A DNA stretch of 63,199 bases, filler included. It is 4 parts of 4 records of this genome, joined end to end, with 100 filler letters (N's around TTAATTAATTAA, not from the genome) between each part and the next. Parts side by side here need not be neighbours in the genome. Positions count along the whole stretch, not along the records: positions 1 to 15,107 come from DRR723986_12560; 3 more parts are not named here. The stretch is one strand, 5' to 3'. The notes under the pieces are model-generated. The model did no database searches. It was given only the letters and a program-made list of their open reading frames with translations, and was not told where the DNA came from. The translations under genes were made by a program, and so were the position numbers. Positions 1-9,258 of the stretch are shown here, one piece after another (the first letter of the stretch is position 1; each line of letters starts with the position of its first letter).

Positions 1-270
1 TCATGCAGAACGAACGTAGTGAAGTGAAGCCTCTTTTTATTAGGTATGAGATTCTTCGCTTACGCTCTGAATGACAGTAGTGATGTGAAGCCTCTTTTTA
101 TTGAAATGAGATTCTTCGCTTACGCTCTGAAATCGCAGATTCGACGTAGTCAATGACGGTGGTGATGTGAAGCTTCTTTTTATTAGGTATGAGATTCCTC
201 GGCGTTACCCTTTGTTGGAAACCGAAGGTTCGGCTTTGCCAAATCGAAGATTCGATGTAGCCAATGACAT
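1..270. repeat. Tandem REP-like palindromic repeat cluster (3 copies, Bacteroidetes-type)
   Basis: Unit GTGAAGCYTCTTTTTATTRRRWATGAGATTC starts at 24, 85 and 167, and each copy ends in AATGAC. Copies 2 and 3 carry inserted ~21-nt hairpin modules. Confidence 0.8.
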
Positions 271-511
271 TGGACTTTGCTTTGCTCTTAATGACACAGG
301 TCTTTGATTTATAGGAATGAAAAAGATTTTATTATATGGTTTGCGCCTGTCTAAGTTATGATTTAGCTTATCAATTTAAAGTACGTCACTCAATGTAAGC
401 TGCGATAGTGGATTGTATTGAGCAGACACATAGAGTGATTATTAAGTATAGTGGAAATTGCGTTATAAAAAATATATCTATTTACCCTTAATTAAACATT
501 TTCAGTTTGTA

Positions 512-958
512 TTAAGGTCTTAAAAAGACACCATAACCTATAATTTTAATATTGTCATTTTTAGATTTTGTTAGTGCTATTTTTATCATAGCATTATCTT
601 CTTCAAATACAGCATTGTAAACGAAAGTATATAGATTTGATGCTTTTGCATTATCTGTAACAACAGTAGACCATTCAACTAAGTTAATGTTTTTAAGGGT
701 TCCAATTTTTGTTTTAATGGATTCTAAATAGTTTAGGAGCTCTGTTTTTGTAGTAGTTTTATAAAATTGTTCAGAGAACAAGGTTGTTGTTTTTTGAAAA
801 TCAGAGGTTTTTAAAATATCAAAGAGTTGGTTTACTATGTATTCGGCTTCAATTTTATCAGTAATTCTATTATGGTGGTTTTCACTAAAATGGCAGCTAA
901 TAAATAATAGTGATAATAGATATGTTGGTATACTTACTAAGTGTTTTTTTAGATTCAT
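512..958 (-). CDS. Hypothetical lipoprotein
   Basis: 148 aa; signal peptide ending in lipobox LLFISC. Confidence 0.7.
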   Translation of the reverse strand: MNLKKHLVSIPTYLLSLLFISCHFSENHHNRITDKIEAEYIVNQLFDILKTSDFQKTTTLFSEQFYKTTTKTELLNYLESIKTKIGTLKNINLVEWSTVVTDNAKASNLYTFVYNAVFEEDNAMIKIALTKSKNDNIKIIGYGVFLRP

Positions 959-988
959 AATCTAAATGAATTGGATTTTTAGATGTCT

Positions 989-2134
989 TTATTGTGATTT
1001 AATAGTCTTTTGCATAACAAAATAAGTAATAATCATTGGCAGCTGTGGTGCAAAATACGAGAATGGATATTGATAAAGAATCATATAATTGTAGTTAAAG
1101 GATATAATTGTCACAAATAAAAGTGGGAATGCTGTCCATAGCCATAGAAGAAGAAAATGGTTGTTTTTGTTTTTTGAAAAATGGATTGAGTATAATAATC
1201 CAATAACAAAAAGACCAGTAAAAACAACAACTGTTTTTATGCTTAACAAGTTAAGACCTTTACTAATTAATAATAATGGTGTATATCTCGGCGGATCGAT
1301 GGAATAAAAAACCAAATGTATGCTTAAGATCATTAATGAAATTATAAGCGTGTATTTTAACCATAAACTTATTTTTCTGGCGCAAAACAATAGTCCAAAT
1401 AAAGGCGCCAGATATATAAAAATAACTCTTGAAGTTAAAGTCATCGCTAAAACTATAAGAATAAAGAGCTTAGAGGCTACAGGTAAATTTTTATGCCATT
1501 TAAGAACAGGAAGTATGCATAAGATGCCAATTACAATTAAGTCCGATCCATTTGTCATTAATTCCCAAAAAGCAGGTGAGCTGATTAATAAAAGCAAAAA
1601 TAAGTTGATTATCTTGATGCTTTTGGTAGCTTTAAAAATAAAGTAAGTTAAAATACCAACAAATGCAGGTGTAATAAGAAAATAAGCCTTAACAAATATA
1701 AAGGGTAATAAAAGTAATATCAACCCTGGACCTACTGACGCACCTGGGTTTAAATATGTATTCACCGCGTAGGGGGATATTTCTGATATTAAGGCATTTG
1801 CAACAGCAATAATTGCGTCATCTGAATCAGATCCTCGCATAAAGTTTTTTTTCGCATCTAGAATGGGATAAACATAATAATTAACGATCACTATAAGTGC
1901 AAGTATCAACAGTGTAATTATTAAGCTTTTAGAAGCTTTTAAATATAGTTTATGATTTGAAGTTAATATAAAATGATAGTAAAGGCCTGCAAATACAAGA
2001 AGTATTGGAATTGTAATGGTGTAGCTGGCAGGTGATAATTTGTAAATTACTCTTAAGGAAGGTATTTGCAGAAAAGTGAATAAAATTAAAAATGAAACAC
2101 GTTTTGAGTATATTGTGGTAGTTAATAGTTTCAT
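989..2134 (-). CDS. Polytopic membrane protein, GT-C/GT87-like glycosyltransferase fold
   Basis: About 10 hydrophobic segments; loop motif GSDSDDA...PY...TYL...GPG..LLLPF resembles GT-C-like proteins. ATG at 2134 preferred over TTG at 2140. Confidence 0.55.
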   Translation of the reverse strand: MKLLTTTIYSKRVSFLILFTFLQIPSLRVIYKLSPASYTITIPILLVFAGLYYHFILTSNHKLYLKASKSLIITLLILALIVIVNYYVYPILDAKKNFMRGSDSDDAIIAVANALISEISPYAVNTYLNPGASVGPGLILLLLPFIFVKAYFLITPAFVGILTYFIFKATKSIKIINLFLLLLISSPAFWELMTNGSDLIVIGILCILPVLKWHKNLPVASKLFILIVLAMTLTSRVIFIYLAPLFGLLFCARKISLWLKYTLIISLMILSIHLVFYSIDPPRYTPLLLISKGLNLLSIKTVVVFTGLFVIGLLYSIHFSKNKNNHFLLLWLWTAFPLLFVTIISFNYNYMILYQYPFSYFAPQLPMIITYFVMQKTIKSQ

Positions 2135-2340
2135 TTTCAAATAACTTTAATATTATGTAAGATGTTATAAATAGCTTCTAAATAACTAGTAAAATGTTAA
2201 TATAACTAACTGATAGATAATTAGATAATTAATTTTTTTAATCTGTAAATATAATTACATCATTTTAAAAATAAATGAATGTGTATAATTCTATTGCTTA
2301 AATGGTTTTTTAGCGCAATTTATTTGCTATTATAATTATT

Positions 2341-3366
2341 CTAATCTATTTTTTTCTTTTTTAACATCATAAATACGTGTGCTCTGTAAAAGGGATTATT
2401 TACTACAAGTGTTAAACGCTTTTTTATAAATAAGATGCTGTGCTTTATTCTAAATATACTTTGGCCTAAAGGTGGGAACTTCTGTTTTATTTTATAAGAC
2501 AATAATCGTATAGAGTTATAATTTGTATTAGCATCTTTGAGGTAATACTCAAAAAGTAAAAGATATGATTTACCAAATTTTAATTTATTTAAGTATGCAA
2601 TGGCATTTTGGTTATTGTTTAGGTTTAAACATAAACTATCATAAAAAGGTTTTAAGCCTAAAATATTATAATAGTGTGCATGGTCATTAATTTGATAGCT
2701 TAAAACTTGAGATAAACACATATAAAAAGGGCTGGGAATACTAAATCCATTATTTATAATGGCACTTTCTAAAACAGTCTTAGGTAAAATAAGTTTATCA
2801 TTTGGTTGGTTAAAAAGTGCACTGTGAACTTCTATAGCGGCTAGTTCTTTAGGGTTGATAAGCCGATCTTCATGTCTAAATCCGATGGTCTCATAATTGT
2901 ATCCAAAGGTCTTAGTATAACCATTAGATCTAATAATTCCCATAGTGTATGGGATTTGTTTTTGGTCTACTAGTATATCTATATCCCCAATCATCCGCTC
3001 GCCAAAATCGTTATAGTAACCAGCAACTAACAAAGCGGCGCCTTTTAAAAAGACGTGGTTAATATTGTTGGTTTTAAGCAGCTGGCTTAAAGCGTCTATT
3101 TGTTTAAAAATAGTATTATTTCTGTTTCTGTTTATAGCAGTTAAATCGTGTAGGTAGATTTTGAGATCTTTGGGCAGTACCTGTAATAATTGTTTTTGCT
3201 GTAAACGGCAATATACCGTGGTTAATACCAGGTGCTCACTGGCTATTTTAACCAAATTCTCCCAATCTGTATCGTTAAAGTTGCGCAACCTAGTCTCTAA
3301 TGCGGTCTCATTAGCGGTAAATGCCAATATTTTAGCTATAAGTTGTTTGGTGGCGTGCGCAGACAA
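2341..3366 (-). CDS. Nucleotidyltransferase family protein (NTP_transf_5-like)
   Basis: Motifs LKGAAL...YY...R.IGDIDILV and IEVH; N-terminal DWENLVKIASEH helix typical of this family. Confidence 0.85.
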   Translation of the reverse strand: MSAHATKQLIAKILAFTANETALETRLRNFNDTDWENLVKIASEHLVLTTVYCRLQQKQLLQVLPKDLKIYLHDLTAINRNRNNTIFKQIDALSQLLKTNNINHVFLKGAALLVAGYYNDFGERMIGDIDILVDQKQIPYTMGIIRSNGYTKTFGYNYETIGFRHEDRLINPKELAAIEVHSALFNQPNDKLILPKTVLESAIINNGFSIPSPFYMCLSQVLSYQINDHAHYYNILGLKPFYDSLCLNLNNNQNAIAYLNKLKFGKSYLLLFEYYLKDANTNYNSIRLLSYKIKQKFPPLGQSIFRIKHSILFIKKRLTLVVNNPFYRAHVFMMLKKKKID

Positions 3367-3426
3367 TACGGTATTATATTTTAGGTAAATATACTATAAA
3401 AAGCTTGGTCAAAAAGTGAGGGTCAC

Positions 3427-4539
3427 TTAAAATAAGCTGTCTATAGCTGCAATGGCCTCTGCATTATGGTGGTATTTTAACTCATAGAAATTAACGGTTC
3501 CCAACCAGTCTAAAAAAGATTGAGCGTGGTGTTCGTTATGGGCCAACCACGATTCCGTAATGAGTTCTTGAAGGATGGTTTGTTCTGCGCCTTTTGTTAG
3601 AGTGGTTGTTATGGGGTCTTGGTTGTAGCGCACCAATACGAGGTTTTTACAAGGGTAATCTAATTTCTCGGGGTGTTTTAAAGGTAAAGGTGGTATATAG
3701 GTAACCCGGCCTTTGGTACTATTAATGTATTGTTTAGGTAAGGCCTCAAAATTAGCTACTAAAGGCGCAATGGTATCAAAGGCCTTTTCTTTAATCGATA
3801 GGGCTGCCGGTAATACGGCGATATGGTTGTTTTCTGCTAGCATCGCGCTCATATCATCCGCCACCAGATCATAACCAGCATACATGAGTAAGGCGGCCAG
3901 GGTGCTTTTGCCACTGCCCGAGTTGCCCACCAGCATCACGGCCTGCTCACCATTGCCAATAGTGGTGGCATGAAAGGTGCCTATCCAATCTGCCTCTGTT
4001 TTTTGGTGAATGCAGTTTAAAACTTCAAATGAAAATTTGCCTTGAAATAGGTGTACATTTTTGGTCTCCCAAGTCCAGGCTGTACCTTTATTATTTTCTA
4101 AATAATACCCCTGGTTCTTTGTTTCAATAGTTAGTGCAGTAGACCTTAATAATGGCTTAGTTTGCAAATGGCCGAACTTATGAATTACCGCATCTAATGT
4201 ATACGCAGCATCATAATTAATACCTATATTTATGGAATGATAATTTAGAAACCATATGTGACTTGCTAATCCCTTATTACAGGGATTACATTGGTAGGGA
4301 TCTAAAGTTGGCGCATCTTTAGAAAGGTTGTAAAAAGTATCAAACAACTCATTAATGGTAGGCGCTGTATTAAAATCTTTAGCTAATGTCTTATTAAAAT
4401 CGTTTTGAGAAGTCGTTAAAGTATATGCTTTAAAATAACCGTAAGTTAGTTCATCTAAAACTAAATAGGTGTTAGAGGTAGCAAAATAAACAAGATTTAT
4501 AGATTGTATTTGCTTTTTTATTATACTCCGTGTTGCTAT
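3427..4539 (-). CDS. HPr kinase-related kinase with putative N-terminal PqqD/RRE-like domain
   Basis: FHAT, Walker A GNSGSGKST and LVADD motifs. The frame stays open upstream of the TTG at 4347 up to a stop at 4552-4554; start tentatively placed at ATA 4539. Confidence 0.75.
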   Translation of the reverse strand: MATRSIIKKQIQSINLVYFATSNTYLVLDELTYGYFKAYTLTTSQNDFNKTLAKDFNTAPTINELFDTFYNLSKDAPTLDPYQCNPCNKGLASHIWFLNYHSINIGINYDAAYTLDAVIHKFGHLQTKPLLRSTALTIETKNQGYYLENNKGTAWTWETKNVHLFQGKFSFEVLNCIHQKTEADWIGTFHATTIGNGEQAVMLVGNSGSGKSTLAALLMYAGYDLVADDMSAMLAENNHIAVLPAALSIKEKAFDTIAPLVANFEALPKQYINSTKGRVTYIPPLPLKHPEKLDYPCKNLVLVRYNQDPITTTLTKGAEQTILQELITESWLAHNEHHAQSFLDWLGTVNFYELKYHHNAEAIAAIDSLF

Positions 4540-4590
4540 AACTAGCGTTTTTTAATTATTGAAAATAAACTAATAGATGCATTTAAATTA

Positions 4591-4758
4591 TTAAGTTGAT
4601 CCCGGTAGATTAACATCTGCTGGAGACTCAGCACTATTCGCTTGTACTTTTTGAGGATTTAGTATAACAAAGGTACCTAAAGCAGTAATAGCAGCATACT
4701 TCCCCATTTTTTTTATGGCTTCTTTGCGTGTTATTTGGTTTTTATCAATTTTTTTCAT
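4591..4758 (-). CDS. Small secreted peptide with Tat-like leader (candidate precursor peptide)
   Basis: 55 aa: MKKIDKNQITRKEAIKKMGKYAAITALGTFVILNPQKVQA-NSAESPADVNLPGST. Has a TRKEAIK twin-Arg-like motif, a hydrophobic core and a VQA cleavage site. Confidence 0.7.
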   Translation of the reverse strand: MKKIDKNQITRKEAIKKMGKYAAITALGTFVILNPQKVQANSAESPADVNLPGST

Positions 4759-4778
4759 AATTCTTATACAATGCAAAA

Positions 4779-4786
4779 CAAAAGTA
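4779..4786 (-). promoter_or_regulatory. Bacteroidetes -7 promoter element upstream of the peptide gene
   Basis: TACTTTTG on the minus strand matches consensus TAnnTTTG, 20 nt upstream of ATG 4758. Confidence 0.5.
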
Positions 4787-4833
4787 ATACATTTAATTCT
4801 AATCTAGAAAATTTATATCTTCTTTACAAAAAA

Positions 4834-6612
4834 ATGTCAAATATCGTTTTTAAAACTATAGAAAAATTATACTACAAGAAAATAGATGCCAATGGTTTAG
4901 CTATTTTCCGTATTAGTATAGGTCTTGTTCTATTTTGGGAAGTGCTACAATTATTTAGGTACCGCCATCTCATATTTGATAAGATTCCGTATATCAGTTT
5001 TACCAATATAGATTTTAAATACGCTTTGTTATTGTGGTTATTGGTAATTACCTGTCTTATTTTAGGCTTGTTTACTCGTATTTCTGCCATAGTTAACTAT
5101 GTATTGTCATTGGTGTTTTTTGCCACTATAGATAATTTTGGTAATCATATGCTTAATGTGTTAATGTCTATTAATTTTTTGTTAATGTTTACAGATGTCA
5201 GTAGGGTGTTATCTCTTGATGCTGTTATAGCGAAACTAAGAGCAAAAGACTTTAATCTCATAGAAACCAAGGTGTCTGTATTACATTATTATAGTTTTGT
5301 ATTTATGGCTTTGGGATTGGTTTATTTTACCTCGATGTTTGATAAATTATTTACGGACTATTGGCGCAATGGTTTAATTTTGTTTAAAGTTTTGTCATTA
5401 CCAGGTGAATATGCAAGGTTTGATTTTTCATTTCTTTTGAATTACAAACCTTTAATGCAACTAATAGCATATACAGTCCTTATTTTTGAAGGTGTTTTTA
5501 TTTTTATTTGTTTTAGTAAACGATTTAGAGTTTATACCTTTATTATTGGGGTATTAATGCATCTAGGTATTTTAATTTGCCTACCAATTTCTCCATTCGC
5601 TTTTGGGTTTTTAAGTTTATATGTGTTATTAATACCATCTTCATTTTGGAAAGTATTAAGAGTAATCTTGAAATCTAAGAAGAAAATCCCTTTAGTTGTC
5701 AATGCTAATTTTATTTGGGCAAAAGAAATAAGCGTACTAATTAGTAGTCTTGATTTATTTAACAGTTTTGAGTGTCGTTTGGTTCATATATCCTCGAGTA
5801 ATTTTGAAAATATTAACGATTACACTTATGTTTTTATTAAAGCACCCAAAGGCAACATTATAGAGCAAGGTCTTGTAATGCGCTATTTAGCTTTGCGAAT
5901 ACCCATATGTATGCCCATAGTATTATTAACATTTATTCCTTATGGTGATAGAATTATTAAAAAATTTATAAAATTAATTTGTATAGCATCTTACAATAGC
6001 CCTCATATTTTAAAAAACAGAAAATTTAACCCATACAAAATAAAAATTATTGGTTTATTTTTTCTTGGTATTATTTTTTTACAAGGGCATGCTTTATTGG
6101 CTACTAAGTTTTCGCGCCATGTAGGTTTACCAACTCACAATAAGCAGATTTTACATGCCTCAATGTCGCTTTTAGGAATAAGTAATCATAGTATTTTTAC
6201 TCATAATTACGAGAAATATAATACCCAGATATATTCTATTGGTATCGCTAAAATAAGTGATGCAAAAGGTGAGATTTGGTTGCCCTTATCAGATAGGGAA
6301 GGTAAGCACGGCTATTATAAAAATGACCCAATACGGAGAAAAGCCTTTTTTGCACTTAAAGGTTTTGAACTTGATAGTACTCTTTTAAATAATTACGTCA
6401 GGGATTATACGGCATTTTGGAGTTTTAATAATCATGTAGATTTAGACCATGCTAGTTTTAATGTTTATATTAAGAGGCTTCAAATCCCAGATACATGGGA
6501 AAAAGACGTCTACAAAAAGAACTTAGATAAAGCGTGGGTCCCTCTTGGCAGAGTGGTGTGGAAAGATACCATTTATAATACAGAGTTAGATCACCTAAAG
6601 CTAATTCCATAA
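4834..6612 (+). CDS. HTTM-domain (vitamin K-dependent carboxylase-like) membrane protein with degenerate DCC1-like central region
   Basis: LAIFRI, LILGLFTR, YF..MFDKL...W..G and GVLMHLGI motifs of HTTM proteins. ATG at 4834 avoids overlap with the peptide gene. Confidence 0.7.
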   Translation: MSNIVFKTIEKLYYKKIDANGLAIFRISIGLVLFWEVLQLFRYRHLIFDKIPYISFTNIDFKYALLLWLLVITCLILGLFTRISAIVNYVLSLVFFATIDNFGNHMLNVLMSINFLLMFTDVSRVLSLDAVIAKLRAKDFNLIETKVSVLHYYSFVFMALGLVYFTSMFDKLFTDYWRNGLILFKVLSLPGEYARFDFSFLLNYKPLMQLIAYTVLIFEGVFIFICFSKRFRVYTFIIGVLMHLGILICLPISPFAFGFLSLYVLLIPSSFWKVLRVILKSKKKIPLVVNANFIWAKEISVLISSLDLFNSFECRLVHISSSNFENINDYTYVFIKAPKGNIIEQGLVMRYLALRIPICMPIVLLTFIPYGDRIIKKFIKLICIASYNSPHILKNRKFNPYKIKIIGLFFLGIIFLQGHALLATKFSRHVGLPTHNKQILHASMSLLGISNHSIFTHNYEKYNTQIYSIGIAKISDAKGEIWLPLSDREGKHGYYKNDPIRRKAFFALKGFELDSTLLNNYVRDYTAFWSFNNHVDLDHASFNVYIKRLQIPDTWEKDVYKKNLDKAWVPLGRVVWKDTIYNTELDHLKLIP

Positions 6613-6648
6613 AAAAAGAGGACCTCTGAAGTAAAAGTCCTCATAAAA
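6611..6648. terminator. Probable terminator between convergent genes
   Basis: GAGGAC/GTCCTC stem preceded by an A-tract. Confidence 0.5.
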
Positions 6649-6668
6649 GCATTGGGGTATTAGTGGTG

Positions 6669-8912
6669 TTATGATATTATGACCTTCTTAGAAGTTACTT
6701 GGCTTTTATTTTTAAGTTCTATAACGTAGATGCCTGTATTTAGACTAGAAACATCTATATGGTTTGTTGTATTAAACGCTTCTATTGTATGTTGAGATAC
6801 AACTCGGCCATTAACATCGTAAATGTAAAGCTGAGAGGTTTCTGTTAATTCTCCAGTAATACGTATTTGTTTTGTGCTATGTATAGATGTAATAGCGATT
6901 GTATCTAAATGTACACTAGAAGCAGATAGTAATGCATCAGTTTCAAAATGAATATAAAAGCGCCCAAATCCAGAAGTTGTTTCTGTTAGGTTTAAAGTGT
7001 AGGCAGCGCCAGAAGTTAAATCAATCCACTGTTCTAAATCTCTATCCTCTAACCAAACTGTTGTATCAAGAGGGATATCAATATGATCTATAGTAAATGT
7101 TATTTGATCTCCATTTTGAGCGTCAATACCTATGGGTATAATACTTTCTTCTGCATAATTTAGTGGCAGAGTTTGAATTGCTAATTGTTCATCTGAGGTA
7201 TTATCTATTAAGGTAGAATACATATTAAAATTGGAGTTACCATCAAATATATAAGTGTCATATCCAATATCAAAGGCCTCAGTAACGTTGTCACTATCAA
7301 AAAAATAAAATTGGGTATGTCTAACATCATCACCATTAGAAAGATTTAATCTTAATTTATATGTGTTAGTATCGCTATTGTTTGTGAAATTTTGAGCAGC
7401 ATTAGCACTAGACCTTGTAGTACGCATACTTGGTGTAAAATTAATGATAGCATTATCATTTTTAGCTGCTACATAAAAGCCTTGTCCTGGTGCTATATTA
7501 ACATTATCCACTATGGCGCTGGCAAGGTTATAGTATTCATGGGTTTCTTGATCTGTATTATTATTGTATGCAATTAAGGCGAAGTAGGCATTGTCTATAG
7601 ATGCGGCGTTGGCTTGTAAAAAATCACTAACGTTTAAATAAGAGGTGTAAGGATTGCCAACAACATTCCATGAAGTTTGTACTTGGTGTAGAGTAACACT
7701 AGTACCTTCAGTCTCAATGTGTCCTGTAAATCTTACTGTCTGGCTATTATTTGGGGGTGTAGCTATAGCATAGCCATTACCAGATAACATATGAGATGTA
7801 GAGGTTATAATAAGAGGATCGTCCCAACCATGCCCACCATTGTTATAGGGGTTAACCGCAAAAAATGTCCCATTGTTTAAAATAGATGAAGCGTTGTTGC
7901 TTAAAAAATCTGCAATGATTTCTCCGCTAACAGGTGGCGCAATAATATCCATATCATTGGGATCAAACTCAAAATCATTAACCCACTTATCATAATGAAT
8001 GGTGCCAGTCGCTGTGCCATTAACAATTAAATTTGAAGATGCATAAGCATCAGAAGACATAACAACAGTTCCCGTGTTTATAAAATTGTTATAGACTGTA
8101 AGCGACCCCGTTTTTTCAATAATTAAATCGCCTAAAACAGTTATATCCGATATTATATTATCACTTATGATTTTTAGTTCATTATTTTCTGGAATAATGA
8201 TATGCATACTCTCGTTAGGTATTACACCTAGAGACCATAAAGATGCATTGTTTATAGAATCTAAACTATGCCCTAGCCATGAATTTTCTTGGGTATCAGT
8301 AGTTACAGAAATTTTTAAATTATCAACAAACAAATAGCCTTGTATATCATTTGCATCAATCCTAAGTCTTAGTTTACAGTTAGTATTAAAGTTGAAATTA
8401 TTTGCATTTAAAGCTATTATCTCTTTAAGACCAGAACTATTGGGGCCACAATTACCATTATTAAAATCCGTACCATTATTGTATTGTTTTATTGTAGTCC
8501 AAGAGTTTCCGCCATCTGAGCTAATTTCTACATACCAACGTTCATCATTATTTAAGCCATCTACAAAATAATCATATTCTATAATGACCGATTCATAAGT
8601 AGATAAATTCAAAATAGATGATGTTAAAGTGCCATTATGGGTTAATTGAATAATATTTGCTGCGAAAGCGTTAGTACAAGCGTATCCTTCTAGGTTAGGT
8701 AGATTAGAGATGTCAGATACATCAATAAGTGATGTATTTAAATGGTCTTTAGACCAGATACTATTTGTAGAATCAAAAGTATCATTATTTAAGACGGTCT
8801 GACTTGCAATAAAACAGGTATTAAAAATTAAAATGATTAAAAGCAGAGCTGCTTTTAGAGTTGAACTGTTTTTTAATAAACTTGCAAAACGATGTAAGAT
8901 TAGCATTGTCAT
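6669..8912 (-). CDS. T9SS type A sorting-domain protein
   Basis: C-terminal IYDVNGR...L.TGIYVI...KKVII CTD; signal peptide begins at M30 of the listed ORF (8912). Confidence 0.85.
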   Translation of the reverse strand: MTMLILHRFASLLKNSSTLKAALLLIILIFNTCFIASQTVLNNDTFDSTNSIWSKDHLNTSLIDVSDISNLPNLEGYACTNAFAANIIQLTHNGTLTSSILNLSTYESVIIEYDYFVDGLNNDERWYVEISSDGGNSWTTIKQYNNGTDFNNGNCGPNSSGLKEIIALNANNFNFNTNCKLRLRIDANDIQGYLFVDNLKISVTTDTQENSWLGHSLDSINNASLWSLGVIPNESMHIIIPENNELKIISDNIISDITVLGDLIIEKTGSLTVYNNFINTGTVVMSSDAYASSNLIVNGTATGTIHYDKWVNDFEFDPNDMDIIAPPVSGEIIADFLSNNASSILNNGTFFAVNPYNNGGHGWDDPLIITSTSHMLSGNGYAIATPPNNSQTVRFTGHIETEGTSVTLHQVQTSWNVVGNPYTSYLNVSDFLQANAASIDNAYFALIAYNNNTDQETHEYYNLASAIVDNVNIAPGQGFYVAAKNDNAIINFTPSMRTTRSSANAAQNFTNNSDTNTYKLRLNLSNGDDVRHTQFYFFDSDNVTEAFDIGYDTYIFDGNSNFNMYSTLIDNTSDEQLAIQTLPLNYAEESIIPIGIDAQNGDQITFTIDHIDIPLDTTVWLEDRDLEQWIDLTSGAAYTLNLTETTSGFGRFYIHFETDALLSASSVHLDTIAITSIHSTKQIRITGELTETSQLYIYDVNGRVVSQHTIEAFNTTNHIDVSSLNTGIYVIELKNKSQVTSKKVIIS

Positions 8913-9198
8913 TCGATTTGGGTTAGAATTACAAGCAAATATGAATAGATAATAGATAAAATGCAAATAAAATCGACAAAATACATTATATTTTAACATT
9001 TATAAAGCCATTTTATATCTAAACCTGGAAGTAGTTTAATTTGATTTAGAATTTTTTTAGAAAAAGCACGCCTTAATTAAAAATACAAATCGTTAAGCAG
9101 ATAATTGGATAGTTTAATGAATTGACGACAAACTCAAAGTCTTACTTTATTAAGATCATTGACAGAGATATGTTGCCATAATTGAGTGTTGCAAGAAT

Positions 9199-9236
9199 AA
9201 AAAAGGTCCCTAAAACCTGTGTTTTAGAGACCTTTT
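9199..9236 (-). terminator. Rho-independent terminator
   Basis: AAAAGGTC-CCTAAAAC...GTTTTAG-AGACCTTTT hairpin downstream of the 14568 gene. Confidence 0.7.
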
Positions 9237-9258
9237 AAATTTGCTATAATATTTTGGC

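Noticed and set aside
1-270. CRISPR array
   Set aside because: Units are about 50 nt with very short or structured, non-unique intervening sequence, and there are no cas genes; REP-like repeats fit better.
4591-4758. Lasso peptide precursor
   Set aside because: No YxxP leader motif or penultimate Thr, and no asparagine-synthetase-like cyclase or transglutaminase-like peptidase on the contig.
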